Shown here one piece after another: positions 42,766 through 52,635 of a stretch of 64,000 nucleotides of DNA (within the stretch, counting starts at the first letter, position 1; the number at the start of each line of letters is the position of its first letter). Both the position numbers and the translations under genes were made by a program. Origin of the DNA: an uncultured Verrucomicrobiae bacterium (lineage in GTDB: Bacteria; Verrucomicrobiota; Verrucomicrobiia; Opitutales; JABDGR01). The stretch lies in contig CAVXVB010000009.1 in assembly GCA_963765205.1 (NCBI GenBank), forward strand, positions 1,120,001 to 1,184,000. Direction: 5' to 3'. Under the pieces are notes generated by a model. That model saw only the letters and a program-made list of their open reading frames with translations. It ran no database searches and was not told the origin of the DNA.

Positions 42766-43386
42766 CTATTGCGTTTGGAGAAAGTTGAATAATTTCCGCA
42801 GCGCCCGGGCGCGGTGGCTGATTTGGTTTTTCACGTCGTCGCCCAGTTCGGCGAAGGTTTTGTCGAAGCCCTCGGGGAAAAACACCGGGTCGTAGCCGAA
42901 GCCGCCGCCGCCCGCCGGTGTCCGCCCGATGCGCCCGCGGCACTCGCCTTCGAATATCTTTTCCTCGCCGCCGGGGCCGAGCAACGCGAGCACGCATTCG
43001 AACCGCGCCGCGCGCGCGGCGTCGGGAATAATTTCCAGCGCACGCAGCAATTTTTCCGTGTTTGCGCCGTCCCGCGCGCCCGCGCCCGCGTAGCGCGCCG
43101 AGTGCACCCCCGGCGCGCCGCCCAGCGCCTGGACTTCCAACCCGCTGTCGTCGGCCAGCACCCACGCTCCGGTTCGCGCGAACTTGCGTAGCGCACGCGC
43201 CTTGAGCAGCGCGTTGCCGGAAAACGTCCCCGCGTTTTCATCCACCGGCGGCATCCCGCCCAGCGCCGCCGCGCCAGCCACCGTCCACGACAGCGCCGCC
43301 GCCGCGAACATCTGCTGGAGTTCCCGCAGCTTGTGCGCGTTGCCGGTGGCCAGATAAATCGTGGTCTCCATATCATTCCTCCCCAT
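42766..43386 (-). CDS. rdgB: RdgB/HAM1 non-canonical purine NTP pyrophosphatase
   Basis: ATGNAHK, ADDSGL, GFGYDP and KNQISHR. Confidence 0.95.
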   Translation of the reverse strand: MGRNDMETTIYLATGNAHKLRELQQMFAAAALSWTVAGAAALGGMPPVDENAGTFSGNALLKARALRKFARTGAWVLADDSGLEVQALGGAPGVHSARYAGAGARDGANTEKLLRALEIIPDAARAARFECVLALLGPGGEEKIFEGECRGRIGRTPAGGGGFGYDPVFFPEGFDKTFAELGDDVKNQISHRARALRKLFNFLQTQ

Positions 43387-44502
43387 CAGGGATAAACCAC
43401 TCGTCCGCGCAGCAACTGGTCGTCGCCCAAGGTGGCGTGCCGCACGTCGGCCAGCGTATAGGCGTCGGTCAAACGTTCGCAGAACGACCCGCTGAAAGCG
43501 GGCTGGGAGTTTTCATCGGCAAAAAACTTCGGCGCGCGGTAGGCGAACAAATAATTCATTTCCCGTGCCCGCAAAAACGCGCTCAACAAGGTCGGCCCAC
43601 CTTCGAGCAAAACCGCCGGCATTTCCACGCCTTCGCAAAATTCCCGCAACGCGGGAATCCAATCGTAGCCAAACAGCGCGGGCGCCGGAAAAACTTCCAC
43701 GCCCTGCTTTTCCAATTCCGCCTCGCGCTGGCGGTCGGGCCGGCGGCCGGCCAGCACCACGGTTTGCTTCCGATACTCGTCCGCATAAACATGGGGCAGC
43801 GGTTTCGTCACCGTCCGCAAGGTGCGGTCGAAAATGAAGCGTTGCGGGCACCACACGCTCGTGCCGATTTCGGCTGGTGAGCCGTGGGTTGTCCGCCAGC
43901 ACTGTGCCCGCGCCGACGCCAATCGCCGGAAACAGCCGCCGCCAGCGCATCGCGTCGCGCCGCGCCGCCGCGCCCGTGATCCACTGGCTCTCACCCGTGC
44001 TCGTCGCCACGCGGCCATCCAGCGTCGTCACGATTTTCCCGGCGATCAGCGGCGTCTCTTTGGTGATCCAATGATTGAAAATAAAATTCAGATCGGTGCA
44101 TTCCTCGGCGAGCACGCCCTCGACCACTTCAACACCCGCGGCGCGCAACAGCGCAAACCCGCGGCCCAAATGCTGCGGGTTCGGATCCGCCGCGCCGGCG
44201 ACGACGCGCTTGATCCCGGCGCGAATGATGGCCTCCGTGCAAGGCGGCGTGCGGCCGGTGGTCGAGCACGGTTCGAGGGTGACATACAGCGTCGCCCCCG
44301 GCGCCGGCGCGCGGCCCAGGTTGGTGAGGGCCACGACTTCCGCGTGCGGTTCGCCAGCGCGCGCGTGATAACCATCGGCCACCACGCGGCCGTGCTCGAC
44401 GATCAGGGCGCCGACCATCGGATTCGGATGCGTCGCGCCCCAGCCGCGGCGGGCGGCTTCGAGGGCGCGGCGCATCAAGCCCGTCTGGTTTTCGGCGCTC
44501 AT
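43386..44502 (-). CDS. ribD: Riboflavin biosynthesis deaminase/reductase; apparent extra base at 43868-43870
   Basis: PNPMVG, HAE, TLEPC...PPC and SQWITG in one frame; LEGGPTL in a second frame. Confidence 0.92.
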
Positions 44503-44523
44503 GGTTCGGCTATAAACAAAATT

Positions 44524-45156
44524 TCAGCCGCGCACGAACATGTTTGTGGCGCGTTCGCGGGCCAGGGTCGTGGCCGGGCCGTGGCCGGGATACAAAACCG
44601 TGCCGCCGGGCAGCGTGTAAATTTGCGTGCGAATCGAATTTTCCAGTTGCCGCCAGTCGCCGCCGGGCAAATCCGGCCGGCCCACCGCACCCGCGAAAAT
44701 CGCATCGCCGACAAATGCGGCGTTCGCTTCCGCATTATAAAACACGACGTTGCCCGGCGCGTGGCCGGGAACATGGCGCACTTCGAAGCGCAGACCCGCG
44801 ATGTCCAAAATTTCTCCAGCCTTGATAAAATGGTCCACGCGCGCCGGTTCGATGTCGAGCCCCGGCAGCATGAACCCCGCCTGCTGCATCGGGTTCTCGA
44901 TCCAGTCGCGGTCGTCGGCGTGCGCGTAAACAACGGCGCCCGCCGCGCGGCAGGCCGCGGCATCGGCCATGTGGTCCCAGTGGCCGTGCGTGAGCAGCAG
45001 CGCCGTCAGCCGCCGATGGCTTTGGGCCAGGGCCGGCAAAATCGCCGTGAGCGCGCCCGGCGGGGCGTCCACCAGCACGGCGTCGTCGCGGCCCGGCGCG
45101 AAGAGCAGGTAGGCGTTGGTGTCGAGCGGAGGAAGGGGAAAGGTCTGAATCTGCAC
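44524..45156 (-). CDS. MBL-fold metallo-hydrolase (glyoxalase II-like)
   Basis: THGHWDH, PGHAPG, GDAIF and PGHGP. Confidence 0.9.
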   Translation of the reverse strand: MQIQTFPLPPLDTNAYLLFAPGRDDAVLVDAPPGALTAILPALAQSHRRLTALLLTHGHWDHMADAAACRAAGAVVYAHADDRDWIENPMQQAGFMLPGLDIEPARVDHFIKAGEILDIAGLRFEVRHVPGHAPGNVVFYNAEANAAFVGDAIFAGAVGRPDLPGGDWRQLENSIRTQIYTLPGGTVLYPGHGPATTLARERATNMFVRG

Positions 45157-45321
45157 AGGGCGCAAGGCTGGCCGCGCGGCGCGCCCGCTGGCAACAGGAA
45201 ACTGGCGGGGCTTTGGCCTATTTTCGCCGGGGCGATTTTTCGCTTTGCCCGGCCGGGCAATTCCCGCTTTGCTGTTCCCTTTGGCCGGGACGCTCCCAGC
45301 CCCGCCCACCACTTTTCCTCC

Positions 45322-46422
45322 ATGAATAACCTGCGCATCGCCATCCTGCCCGGTGACGGCATCGGCCCCGAAGTCATGGCCGTCGCCCTGCAAATTTTGG
45401 CGAAATCCGCCGCCCAGCACGGTTTCACCGTCGAGCACGCGACCTGGGACGTGGGCGGCATCGCCATTGACCGGCATGGCTCGCCCCTGCCCGCCGCCAC
45501 GCTCGACGCCTGCCGCGCGGCCGACGCGATTTTGTTCGGCTCCGTCGGCGGCCCCAAATGGGAAAAGCTCCCGCCCAAGGAGCAGCCCGAGCGCGGCGCG
45601 CTCCTCCCCCTGCGCAAGGAATTCAAATTGTTCGCCAACCTGCGCCCCGGCCTGCTCTACCCCGAGTTGGTGGACGCCTCGCCGCTCAAACGCGAACGCA
45701 TCCCCAACGGCATTGACATGGTCTGCGTGCGCGAATTGACCGGCGGCATTTACTTCGGCCAGCCCAAGCAAACGCGCACCCTCCCTGACGGCGACATCGA
45801 GGCCGTGGACACCATGGTTTACAAAAAGAGCGAAATCGAGCGCATCACCGAAGTCGCCTGCCGCGCCGCGCTCGGCCGCGGGAAACGCCTCTGCTCGGTG
45901 GACAAGGCCAATGTGCTCGAAACTTCCGTCCTCTGGCGCAAAACGGTCGTGGACTACGTCGCGAAAAACTATCCCGCCATCACGCTCTCGCACCTTTACG
46001 TGGACAACGCGGCGATGCAGCTCGCGCGCGACCCCAACCAGTTCGACGTGATCGTCACCGAAAACATGTTCGGCGACATCCTCTCCGACGAGATGGCCGT
46101 CGTCTGCGGCTCGCTCGGGATGCTCGCCTCGGCCAGCCTCGGCGCGGGGCACAACCGCCACGGCTTCCCCTTCGGTCTGTATGAGCCGGCCGGTGGCACC
46201 GCGCCCGACCTCGCGGGCAAAAACCTCGCCAACCCCTGCGCGCAAATTTTGAGCGTCGCGCTCATGCTGCGCCACAGCTTCGGCCTGGAAGCCCCCGCCG
46301 CCGCCATCGAAAAAGCCGTCCGCAACACTGTCACCACCGGCACCCGCACCGGCGACATCGCCTTCGGCCAACCCTCCGTCGGCACCAAGGAAATGGGCGC
46401 GGCCATCCTCGCAAAACTCTGA
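45322..46422 (+). CDS. leuB: 3-isopropylmalate dehydrogenase
   Basis: GDGIGPEV, RELTGGIYFG, DKANVL and NMFGDILSDE. Confidence 0.98.
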   Translation: MNNLRIAILPGDGIGPEVMAVALQILAKSAAQHGFTVEHATWDVGGIAIDRHGSPLPAATLDACRAADAILFGSVGGPKWEKLPPKEQPERGALLPLRKEFKLFANLRPGLLYPELVDASPLKRERIPNGIDMVCVRELTGGIYFGQPKQTRTLPDGDIEAVDTMVYKKSEIERITEVACRAALGRGKRLCSVDKANVLETSVLWRKTVVDYVAKNYPAITLSHLYVDNAAMQLARDPNQFDVIVTENMFGDILSDEMAVVCGSLGMLASASLGAGHNRHGFPFGLYEPAGGTAPDLAGKNLANPCAQILSVALMLRHSFGLEAPAAAIEKAVRNTVTTGTRTGDIAFGQPSVGTKEMGAAILAKL

Positions 46423-46545
46423 ACATCCAACACTCAACATCCAACGCCCAATATCGAACATCCAACATCCAATAAAAAGGCAAAAACGCTTGGCTGCCTT
46501 TCATTGGATGTTGGATGTTGAGCGTTCGATGTTGGATGTTGAATT
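46422..46545. repeat. Inverted heptamer arrays (AACATCC)x7 / (TTGGATG)x6 between leuB and alaS
   Basis: Read directly; the spacer also pairs (AAAGGCA/TGCCTTT). Confidence 0.85.
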
Positions 46546-46551
46546 TTGATC

Positions 46552-49500
46552 ATGACTTCTTCCCAAATTCGCCAGTCGTTCCTCGACTTCTTCCGGTCGA
46601 AGGGCCACACCGTCGTGCCCTCCTCGTCGCTGCTGCCGGACTCGCCGAACCTGCTCTTCACCAACGCGGGCATGAACCAGTTCGTGCCGATCTTCCTCGG
46701 CGAGCGCCGCGCGGACGTCTCGAAATGGGCCGGCGCGACGCCGGGCCTCGACACCCGCGCCGCCGACACGCAGAAGTGCATCCGCGCCGGCGGCAAACAC
46801 AACGATCTCGAGGACGTCGGCCTCGACACCTACCACCACACGTTTTTCGAAATGCTCGGCAACTGGTCCTTCGGCGACTATTTCAAAAAGGAGGCCATTG
46901 ACTGGGCTTGGGAATTGATCACCGAAATTTGGAAATTTCCCGCGAACCGGCTCTACGCCACGGTTTATAGCCCCGATAAATCGAAAGGCGACCCCAGCGA
47001 CTTCGACCAGGAGGCCTGGGACGTGTGGGCCGGCCATTTTCGCCGTGCCGGACTCGACCCCAAAATCCATATCGTCAGCGGCAACAAAAAGGACAATTTC
47101 TGGATGATGGGCGACACCGGCCCCTGCGGCCCGTGCAGCGAATTGCATGTGGATTTGACCCCGGCAGGCGACACGCAAGGCGCGCTCGTCAATAAAGGCG
47201 ACGCCCGCTGCATCGAAATCTGGAACCTCGTCTTCATCCAATTCAACGCTAGAATCACCAAGTATAAACGCGAGGAAATTGTCTCGGGTCATTATATCGA
47301 TATTCCAATCGAATGGGCGTTCGACCCATTATCTGCGAAACACGTGGACACCGGCATGGGCTTCGAGCGTGTGACGAGCATCATCCAGGGCACCAAGAAT
47401 TTCACCGATTTCCCAAACGCGAAAATCTCGAACTACGAAACCGACATCTTCCGCCCCATCTTCGACGAAATCGAAAAACTCAGCGGCAAGCAATACACCT
47501 CGACATTACCGCAGCCTGTCTCAGCGCCAGCTTCTCCTTCTTCCTATTCTTCTCCGTCATCTTCCACCACGGAAAAAACCGTCGTTTCTCCCGCCCCCGG
47601 TCATGCGCTCGATTCTTCTGTCCCGGGGAGCGCGACCGTCCCGGTCGCCGCCGTCGGCGTCCCGCCGACGGCACCAGCCGCCCCCGTCCTTTACCACAAG
47701 CGCCGCCTCCCCCACTTCGAACGCCCCTGGTCGAAATACATGGCCACCTTTTCGACCCACGAACGCCGCCCCCTGTCCCCCCGCGCCCGCGATTTGGTTC
47801 TCAAAAGCCTCCTCTTCGGCCATCACCAAAACCGCTACCAAATCTATGTGGCCTGCGTCATGCCCGATCATGTCCATTTGCTTTTCGAACCGCAAATCAA
47901 GGAGCGATCCCAGAATGACAACCCCGTTTTTTGGGGGCTAACGGATATTTTGCATTCCATCAAGTCCTTCACCGCGCACGAAATCAACAAGCTGGAGGGC
48001 GGCAGCGGACAAGTTTGGGAAAATGAATCTTTCGACTGGCAGATTCGCGGCGAGGCGGATTTGTGGGAGAAATTCAAGTATGTCTGTGCAAATCCCGGGA
48101 AGGATGGTTTGGTCAAGGAAGGCGAGGATTACGCGTGGTTGTGGACGCCCGACCAAGCATCTACTGCGCGAGACGCGCAGCAGGGCGACCGGGACGGTCG
48201 CGCTCCCCGGGACGAAGAATTCCCGACCAAGGAACAAATCCAGATTGACGTGGCCTTCCGCGTCATTGCCGACCACATCCGCACCCTGAGTTTCGCCATT
48301 GCGGATGGCATCCTCCCCGGCAACAACGACCGCAATTACGTTCTGCGCCGAATTTTGCGCCGGGCAATAAGTTATGGACGCACTCTCGGGTTCCAAGAAC
48401 CGTTCTTTTATAAATTGGTTAATGTTTTGGCTTCAACAATGGGAAGTGTTTTTCCTGAAATTCGAACTAATCTTACGAAAGTAAAGGATGTGATCTTTAG
48501 CGAAGAAGCGTCGTTTAATAAAACCATCGATCGTGGTTTAGCAATTTTAACTCATGCAACTGAACGTGGATCTCAAATAACTGCTGCGGCTGGTGGTGAA
48601 TATACTTTTCACATTAAAGACCCAAATGGGGTTTCCATAAAAGTCCACGCTGTAAGGCTCGCAAATTTAATCAAAGGCGAAACTAAAAATTGTATAACTG
48701 GAGAATTTGCCTTTCTTCTCTATGACACCTACGGCTTTCCTGTGGATTTGACCGCATTAAAGGCTCGTGAACGTGGTTTGCTTGTCGATTTCGAGGGATT
48801 TAACATTTGCATGGAAATGCAGCGCGCCCGCGCGCGCGCCGCGCAGAAAAAGACCGTCATCGAACTTTCCCAAATCGAAGCCAAGACGCCGACGCATTTT
48901 CTGGGCTATGACCACAATCACATCGGCGCGGATGTGCAGGAGGTCGTGGTGGTGAAGGACAAGACGGTCGTAGTCGTGAACAATTCCGTTTGCTATGCGG
49001 AGATGGGCGGGCAGGCGGGCGACACGGGCGAACTGGAAAGTTCCGGCCACCATTGGCGCATCACCAACACGCAAAAATCCGGCGCAACCTGGCTGCATTT
49101 CATCGAGGGCGGCGAAGCTCCGCAGGCGGGCGCGCATGTGACGGTCAAGGTGGACGGCCCCCGCCGCGCCGCCATCGAACGCCACCACACCGTGACGCAC
49201 CTGCTGCACTGGGCGCTGCACGAGGTGGTCAGCCGCGACGCGACGCAGAAGGGTTCCTCCGTCGGGCCGGACAAGTTGACCTTCGACTTCAACAGCGCCG
49301 CGCTGACGCCCGCGCAAATCGCGGAAATCGAAAAACTCGTCAACGCCCGCGTGCGCGAAAACGCGCCGGTCTCATGGGGCGATTTCCCCTACGCCGACGT
49401 GAAGGGCCGCCCGGAGGTCATGCAGTTTTTCGGCGACAAATACGGCGACGTCGTGCGCGTCGTGCAAATCGGCGGCCACGCCGATAAAGACGCGCACGGC

Positions 49501-50235
49501 AAACTCCACCCGCGCCTCGACGGTTACTCGATGGAATTGTGCGGCGGCACGCATGTGCGCCAAACCGGCGACATCGGCCTCTTCAAAATTCTGCACGAAA
49601 GCGCCATCGCCGCCGGTGTGCGCCGCATCGAGGCCGTCGCGGGCGAAGCCGCGGCAACCGCCGTCGTCCAACTGGCCCAGGAAGCACGCGAACTCGAAAA
49701 GTCGCTCGCCGACCTTGGCGGAAAATTTTCCGGCGCGGCGATTCCCCTCCCCGCCGGCACGCCCGACATTGAAACCGCGCAAGCCCTCGATCAACGCGTG
49801 CGCGACCTCCAGCAAGCCCTCACCGACCAAAAAGCCGCCATCGAAAAATCCCGCCGGGCCGAGCAGCAGAAAAACGCCGCCGGCCTCGCCGACAATCTGG
49901 CCGCCGCAGCCATCGTCAAAGGCGCGCTCAAATTCATCGTGGCCGTGGTGGACGCGCCGCCTGGCAGCCTGCGCGACATCGCCGTGCAGGCGGGCAAAAA
50001 AATCGGCCCCGGCGTCGTTGTCCTCGGCTGCGCGGCGGACGGCAAAACCGGCGTCGTCGCGCTGTGCTCGCCGGAGGCTATTGCCGCGGGCCACGCCGCC
50101 GGGAAAATCGTCGGCGACCTCTGCGCGCGGTTGGGCGGCAAAGGCGGCGGTAAGCCGGACTTCGCCCAAGGCGGCGGCAAGGACGCCGCGCAACTTGACG
50201 CCGTGTTAAAAAACTTTCGTGAACAAATCCGCTAA
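46552..50235 (+). CDS. alaS: Alanine--tRNA ligase with a large in-frame insertion (1227 aa)
   Basis: LFTNAGMNQF, FEMLGNWSFGDY, DTGMGFER, LYDTYGFP, HTVTH/ELCGGTH editing site and GGKGGGKPDFAQGG. Confidence 0.97.
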   Translation: MTSSQIRQSFLDFFRSKGHTVVPSSSLLPDSPNLLFTNAGMNQFVPIFLGERRADVSKWAGATPGLDTRAADTQKCIRAGGKHNDLEDVGLDTYHHTFFEMLGNWSFGDYFKKEAIDWAWELITEIWKFPANRLYATVYSPDKSKGDPSDFDQEAWDVWAGHFRRAGLDPKIHIVSGNKKDNFWMMGDTGPCGPCSELHVDLTPAGDTQGALVNKGDARCIEIWNLVFIQFNARITKYKREEIVSGHYIDIPIEWAFDPLSAKHVDTGMGFERVTSIIQGTKNFTDFPNAKISNYETDIFRPIFDEIEKLSGKQYTSTLPQPVSAPASPSSYSSPSSSTTEKTVVSPAPGHALDSSVPGSATVPVAAVGVPPTAPAAPVLYHKRRLPHFERPWSKYMATFSTHERRPLSPRARDLVLKSLLFGHHQNRYQIYVACVMPDHVHLLFEPQIKERSQNDNPVFWGLTDILHSIKSFTAHEINKLEGGSGQVWENESFDWQIRGEADLWEKFKYVCANPGKDGLVKEGEDYAWLWTPDQASTARDAQQGDRDGRAPRDEEFPTKEQIQIDVAFRVIADHIRTLSFAIADGILPGNNDRNYVLRRILRRAISYGRTLGFQEPFFYKLVNVLASTMGSVFPEIRTNLTKVKDVIFSEEASFNKTIDRGLAILTHATERGSQITAAAGGEYTFHIKDPNGVSIKVHAVRLANLIKGETKNCITGEFAFLLYDTYGFPVDLTALKARERGLLVDFEGFNICMEMQRARARAAQKKTVIELSQIEAKTPTHFLGYDHNHIGADVQEVVVVKDKTVVVVNNSVCYAEMGGQAGDTGELESSGHHWRITNTQKSGATWLHFIEGGEAPQAGAHVTVKVDGPRRAAIERHHTVTHLLHWALHEVVSRDATQKGSSVGPDKLTFDFNSAALTPAQIAEIEKLVNARVRENAPVSWGDFPYADVKGRPEVMQFFGDKYGDVVRVVQIGGHADKDAHGKLHPRLDGYSMELCGGTHVRQTGDIGLFKILHESAIAAGVRRIEAVAGEAAATAVVQLAQEARELEKSLADLGGKFSGAAIPLPAGTPDIETAQALDQRVRDLQQALTDQKAAIEKSRRAEQQKNAAGLADNLAAAAIVKGALKFIVAVVDAPPGSLRDIAVQAGKKIGPGVVVLGCAADGKTGVVALCSPEAIAAGHAAGKIVGDLCARLGGKGGGKPDFAQGGGKDAAQLDAVLKNFREQIR
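47620..48213 (+). mobile_element. REP-flanked RAYT (Y1 HUH transposase) module embedded in frame in alaS
   Basis: RRLPH, VMPDHVHLL, IKSFTA, VWENESFD and YVCANP; perfect 30-bp inverted repeats at 47620-47649 and 48184-48213. Confidence 0.88.
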
Positions 50236-50239
50236 ATCC

Positions 50240-50515
50240 ATGACCTCCGCCGAAAAAGCCGCCTGGCGCGCCCGCGCGCAAACGCTCAAGCCCGCTGTGA
50301 AAGTCGGCCGCAGCGGCGTCACCCCTGCCTTGGTCAAGGAACTCGATCTCGCCCTCCGGCGCATGGAGCTGGTCAAGGTGCGCTTTTCCGAAGGCCGCGA
50401 CCTCCTGCGCGACCAGTGCGCCGAACTCGCCGCGGCGACCCAATCAGACTGCGTCGGCGGCCTCGGCCATGTGGCGTCCTTCCACCGACCTTTGGCCACC
50501 AAGAAGCTGGGTTAG
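50240..50515 (+). CDS. YhbY/CRM family RNA-binding protein
   Basis: RARAQTLKPAVKVGRSG...ELVKVRF. Confidence 0.88.
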   Translation: MTSAEKAAWRARAQTLKPAVKVGRSGVTPALVKELDLALRRMELVKVRFSEGRDLLRDQCAELAAATQSDCVGGLGHVASFHRPLATKKLG

Positions 50516-50611
50516 CGGCGCCGGTGGCGGCCTAATCCCCAAGGGCGATATTTGGCGAACATACTGCGCAAAAGATTGCGCCGCGCCAGGCAGGCGGGTT
50601 TAATCCGGGAT

Positions 50612-51364
50612 ATGCCGGATGATTCCGCCCCACCCTTCTCCCGCCCTGATGGCCGCGCCGTGAACCAAATGCGCGCGGTGTCGTTCGCGCCGGGGATTGC
50701 TCCGCACGCGCATGGCTCCGTCCTGGCACGGTTTGGGGACACGGCGGTGATCTGCGCGGCGATGATCGAGGACCGGGTGCCCCCGTGGATGACGCAGCAG
50801 CGTGTGCCCGGCGGGTGGCTGTCGGCGGAGTATTCGCTGCTGCCCTACTCGACGCTCGAGCGCAAGCCGCGCGACATTGCGCGCGGCAAGCTGGACGGGC
50901 GTACGGTCGAAATCCAGCGCCTCATCGGCCGGGCGCTGCGCGCGGTGGTGGATTTGTCCAAGCTGCCGGGGATGACGCTGTGGGTGGACTGCGACGTGCT
51001 CCAGGCCGATGGCGGGACGCGCACAGCGGCGATTTCCGGCGCCTATGTCGCCGCGCGGCTGGCGGAGCAAAAGCTGCGGGCGGAGGGCAAACTCAAGGCG
51101 AGCATTTTCACTGATTCGGTCGCGGCGGTGAGCGCGGGTATGTGGCGCGGGCGCGCCGTCCTTGACCTCAATTACCTCGAGGACCGGGACGCCGCGGTGG
51201 ACGCGAACATTGTGCTGACCGGCGCGGGGCGCTTCGTCGAAATTCAAAGCTCAGGCGAAGAGGCGACGTTTTCCGGCGAGGAGCTGGACGCGCTGGTGGC
51301 GCTGGCGCGGCTGGGCGCGGCGGAAATCACCGCGGTGCAGCAACAGACGCTGGGAGCCGGATGA
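50612..51364 (+). CDS. rph: Ribonuclease PH
   Basis: RPDGR, EYSLLP, EIQRLIGRALR and QADGGTRTA. Confidence 0.97.
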   Translation: MPDDSAPPFSRPDGRAVNQMRAVSFAPGIAPHAHGSVLARFGDTAVICAAMIEDRVPPWMTQQRVPGGWLSAEYSLLPYSTLERKPRDIARGKLDGRTVEIQRLIGRALRAVVDLSKLPGMTLWVDCDVLQADGGTRTAAISGAYVAARLAEQKLRAEGKLKASIFTDSVAAVSAGMWRGRAVLDLNYLEDRDAAVDANIVLTGAGRFVEIQSSGEEATFSGEELDALVALARLGAAEITAVQQQTLGAG

Positions 51365-51450
51365 CGGTCCCGATGATTTTTGGAATTGTCAAAGCAGCCG
51401 AGTCGCGATAATCAAGACCGTTTTGCCCCTCGCCACAACGCTCCGCCCGC

Positions 51451-52635
51451 ATGAACATCCACGAATACCAGGCCAAACATCTTTTCCGGGACTACGGGGT
51501 GGCGGTAGCGCGGGGCGCGGTGGCGAAAACGCCGGAGGAAATTGACGCCGCCCTGGCACAATTGCCGGCGGGGAAAATAGTGGTGAAGAGCCAGATTCAC
51601 GCGGGGGGGCGCGGCAAGGGCAAGTTTACCGATGGTTTTGCCGGGGGCGTGAAAATCGCCGGCAGTGCGGCCCAGGCCAAGGAGTTTGCCCTGCGGATGC
51701 TGGGCAACACGCTCGTCACCCACCAAACCGGCCCGGCGGGCCGCAAAGTGCAGACGATTTTTTTCACCGAGGCCACGGACATTGCCAAGGAATACTACCT
51801 AGCCATCCTGCTCGACCGCGCCACCAGCCAGCCGGTCATTATTGCCTCGACCGAAGGGGGCATGGACATTGAGCAGGTCGCGGCGCAGATGCCGGACAAA
51901 ATTTTGCGCCGGCAAGTGGACCCGGCGCTGGGCCTGCGCGCGTTCCAAGCGCGGGAAATCAGCTACCGACTGGGCTTGGGCGAAGAGCAAATTAAGCAAT
52001 TCGGCAAGCTGCTCGAAGGCGTCTACAAGCTTTTTTGGGACAAGGATTGCGCGATGGTCGAGATCAACCCCCTCATCGTCACGCCGGCCGGGCGGGTGGA
52101 GGCGCTCGACGCCAAGGTGTCGTTTGACGACAACGCGCTGTTCCGCCACCCTGATATTCAAGCGCTGCGCGATCTGAACGAGGAGGACCCGAAGGAGATC
52201 GAGGCCTCGAAATCCAACCTCAATTACATCGCGTTGGACGGCAACATCGCCTGCCTGGTCAATGGGGCGGGCCTGGCGATGGCGACGATGGACATCATCC
52301 AATACTTCGGCGGCACGCCGGCGAACTTCCTCGATGTGGGCGGCGGGGCGACGGAGGAGCAGGTCACCGCGGCGTTCCGCATCATCTTGAGCGACCCGGC
52401 GGTGAAGGGCATCCTGGTGAACATTTTTGGGGGCATCATGAAGTGCGACATCATTGCCCGCGGTGTCATCGCTGCGGCGCGCACCACGCAGCTCCAAGTT
52501 CCGCTGGTGGTGCGCCTCGAGGGCACCAACGTTGAGCTGGGGCGAGAAATCCTCGCGCAGAGCGGCCTCGCCCTGACGGCGGCCGACTCGCTGGCGGACG
52601 CCGCGCAAAAGATCGTGGCGGCATTAAAGGCGTGA
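51451..52635 (+). CDS. sucC: Succinate--CoA ligase beta subunit
   Basis: [30 protein letters not shown] and NIFGGI. Confidence 0.98.
   Translation: MNIHEYQAKHLFRDYGVAVARGAVAKTPEEIDAALAQLPAGKIVVKSQIHAGGRGKGKFTDGFAGGVKIAGSAAQAKEFALRMLGNTLVTHQTGPAGRKVQTIFFTEATDIAKEYYLAILLDRATSQPVIIASTEGGMDIEQVAAQMPDKILRRQVDPALGLRAFQAREISYRLGLGEEQIKQFGKLLEGVYKLFWDKDCAMVEINPLIVTPAGRVEALDAKVSFDDNALFRHPDIQALRDLNEEDPKEIEASKSNLNYIALDGNIACLVNGAGLAMATMDIIQYFGGTPANFLDVGGGATEEQVTAAFRIILSDPAVKGILVNIFGGIMKCDIIARGVIAAARTTQLQVPLVVRLEGTNVELGREILAQSGLALTAADSLADAAQKIVAALKA

Noticed and set aside
43822..46461. 866-aa LeuB and 645-aa MBL ORFs as fusion proteins
   Set aside because: The N-terminal extensions overlap real genes on the opposite strand; the true starts are 45322 and about 45156.
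46422..46551. T-box or attenuator upstream of alaS
   Set aside because: No T-box consensus; the region is explained by the inverted heptamer arrays.
47518..48225. Intein or IStron (group I intron plus IS200 transposase) as the explanation for the alaS insert
   Set aside because: There is no intein-like N-terminal block or His-Asn C-terminus at the boundaries. The non-transposase flanks (~170 and ~80 nt) look too short for a group I core. RT-PCR would exclude this formally.
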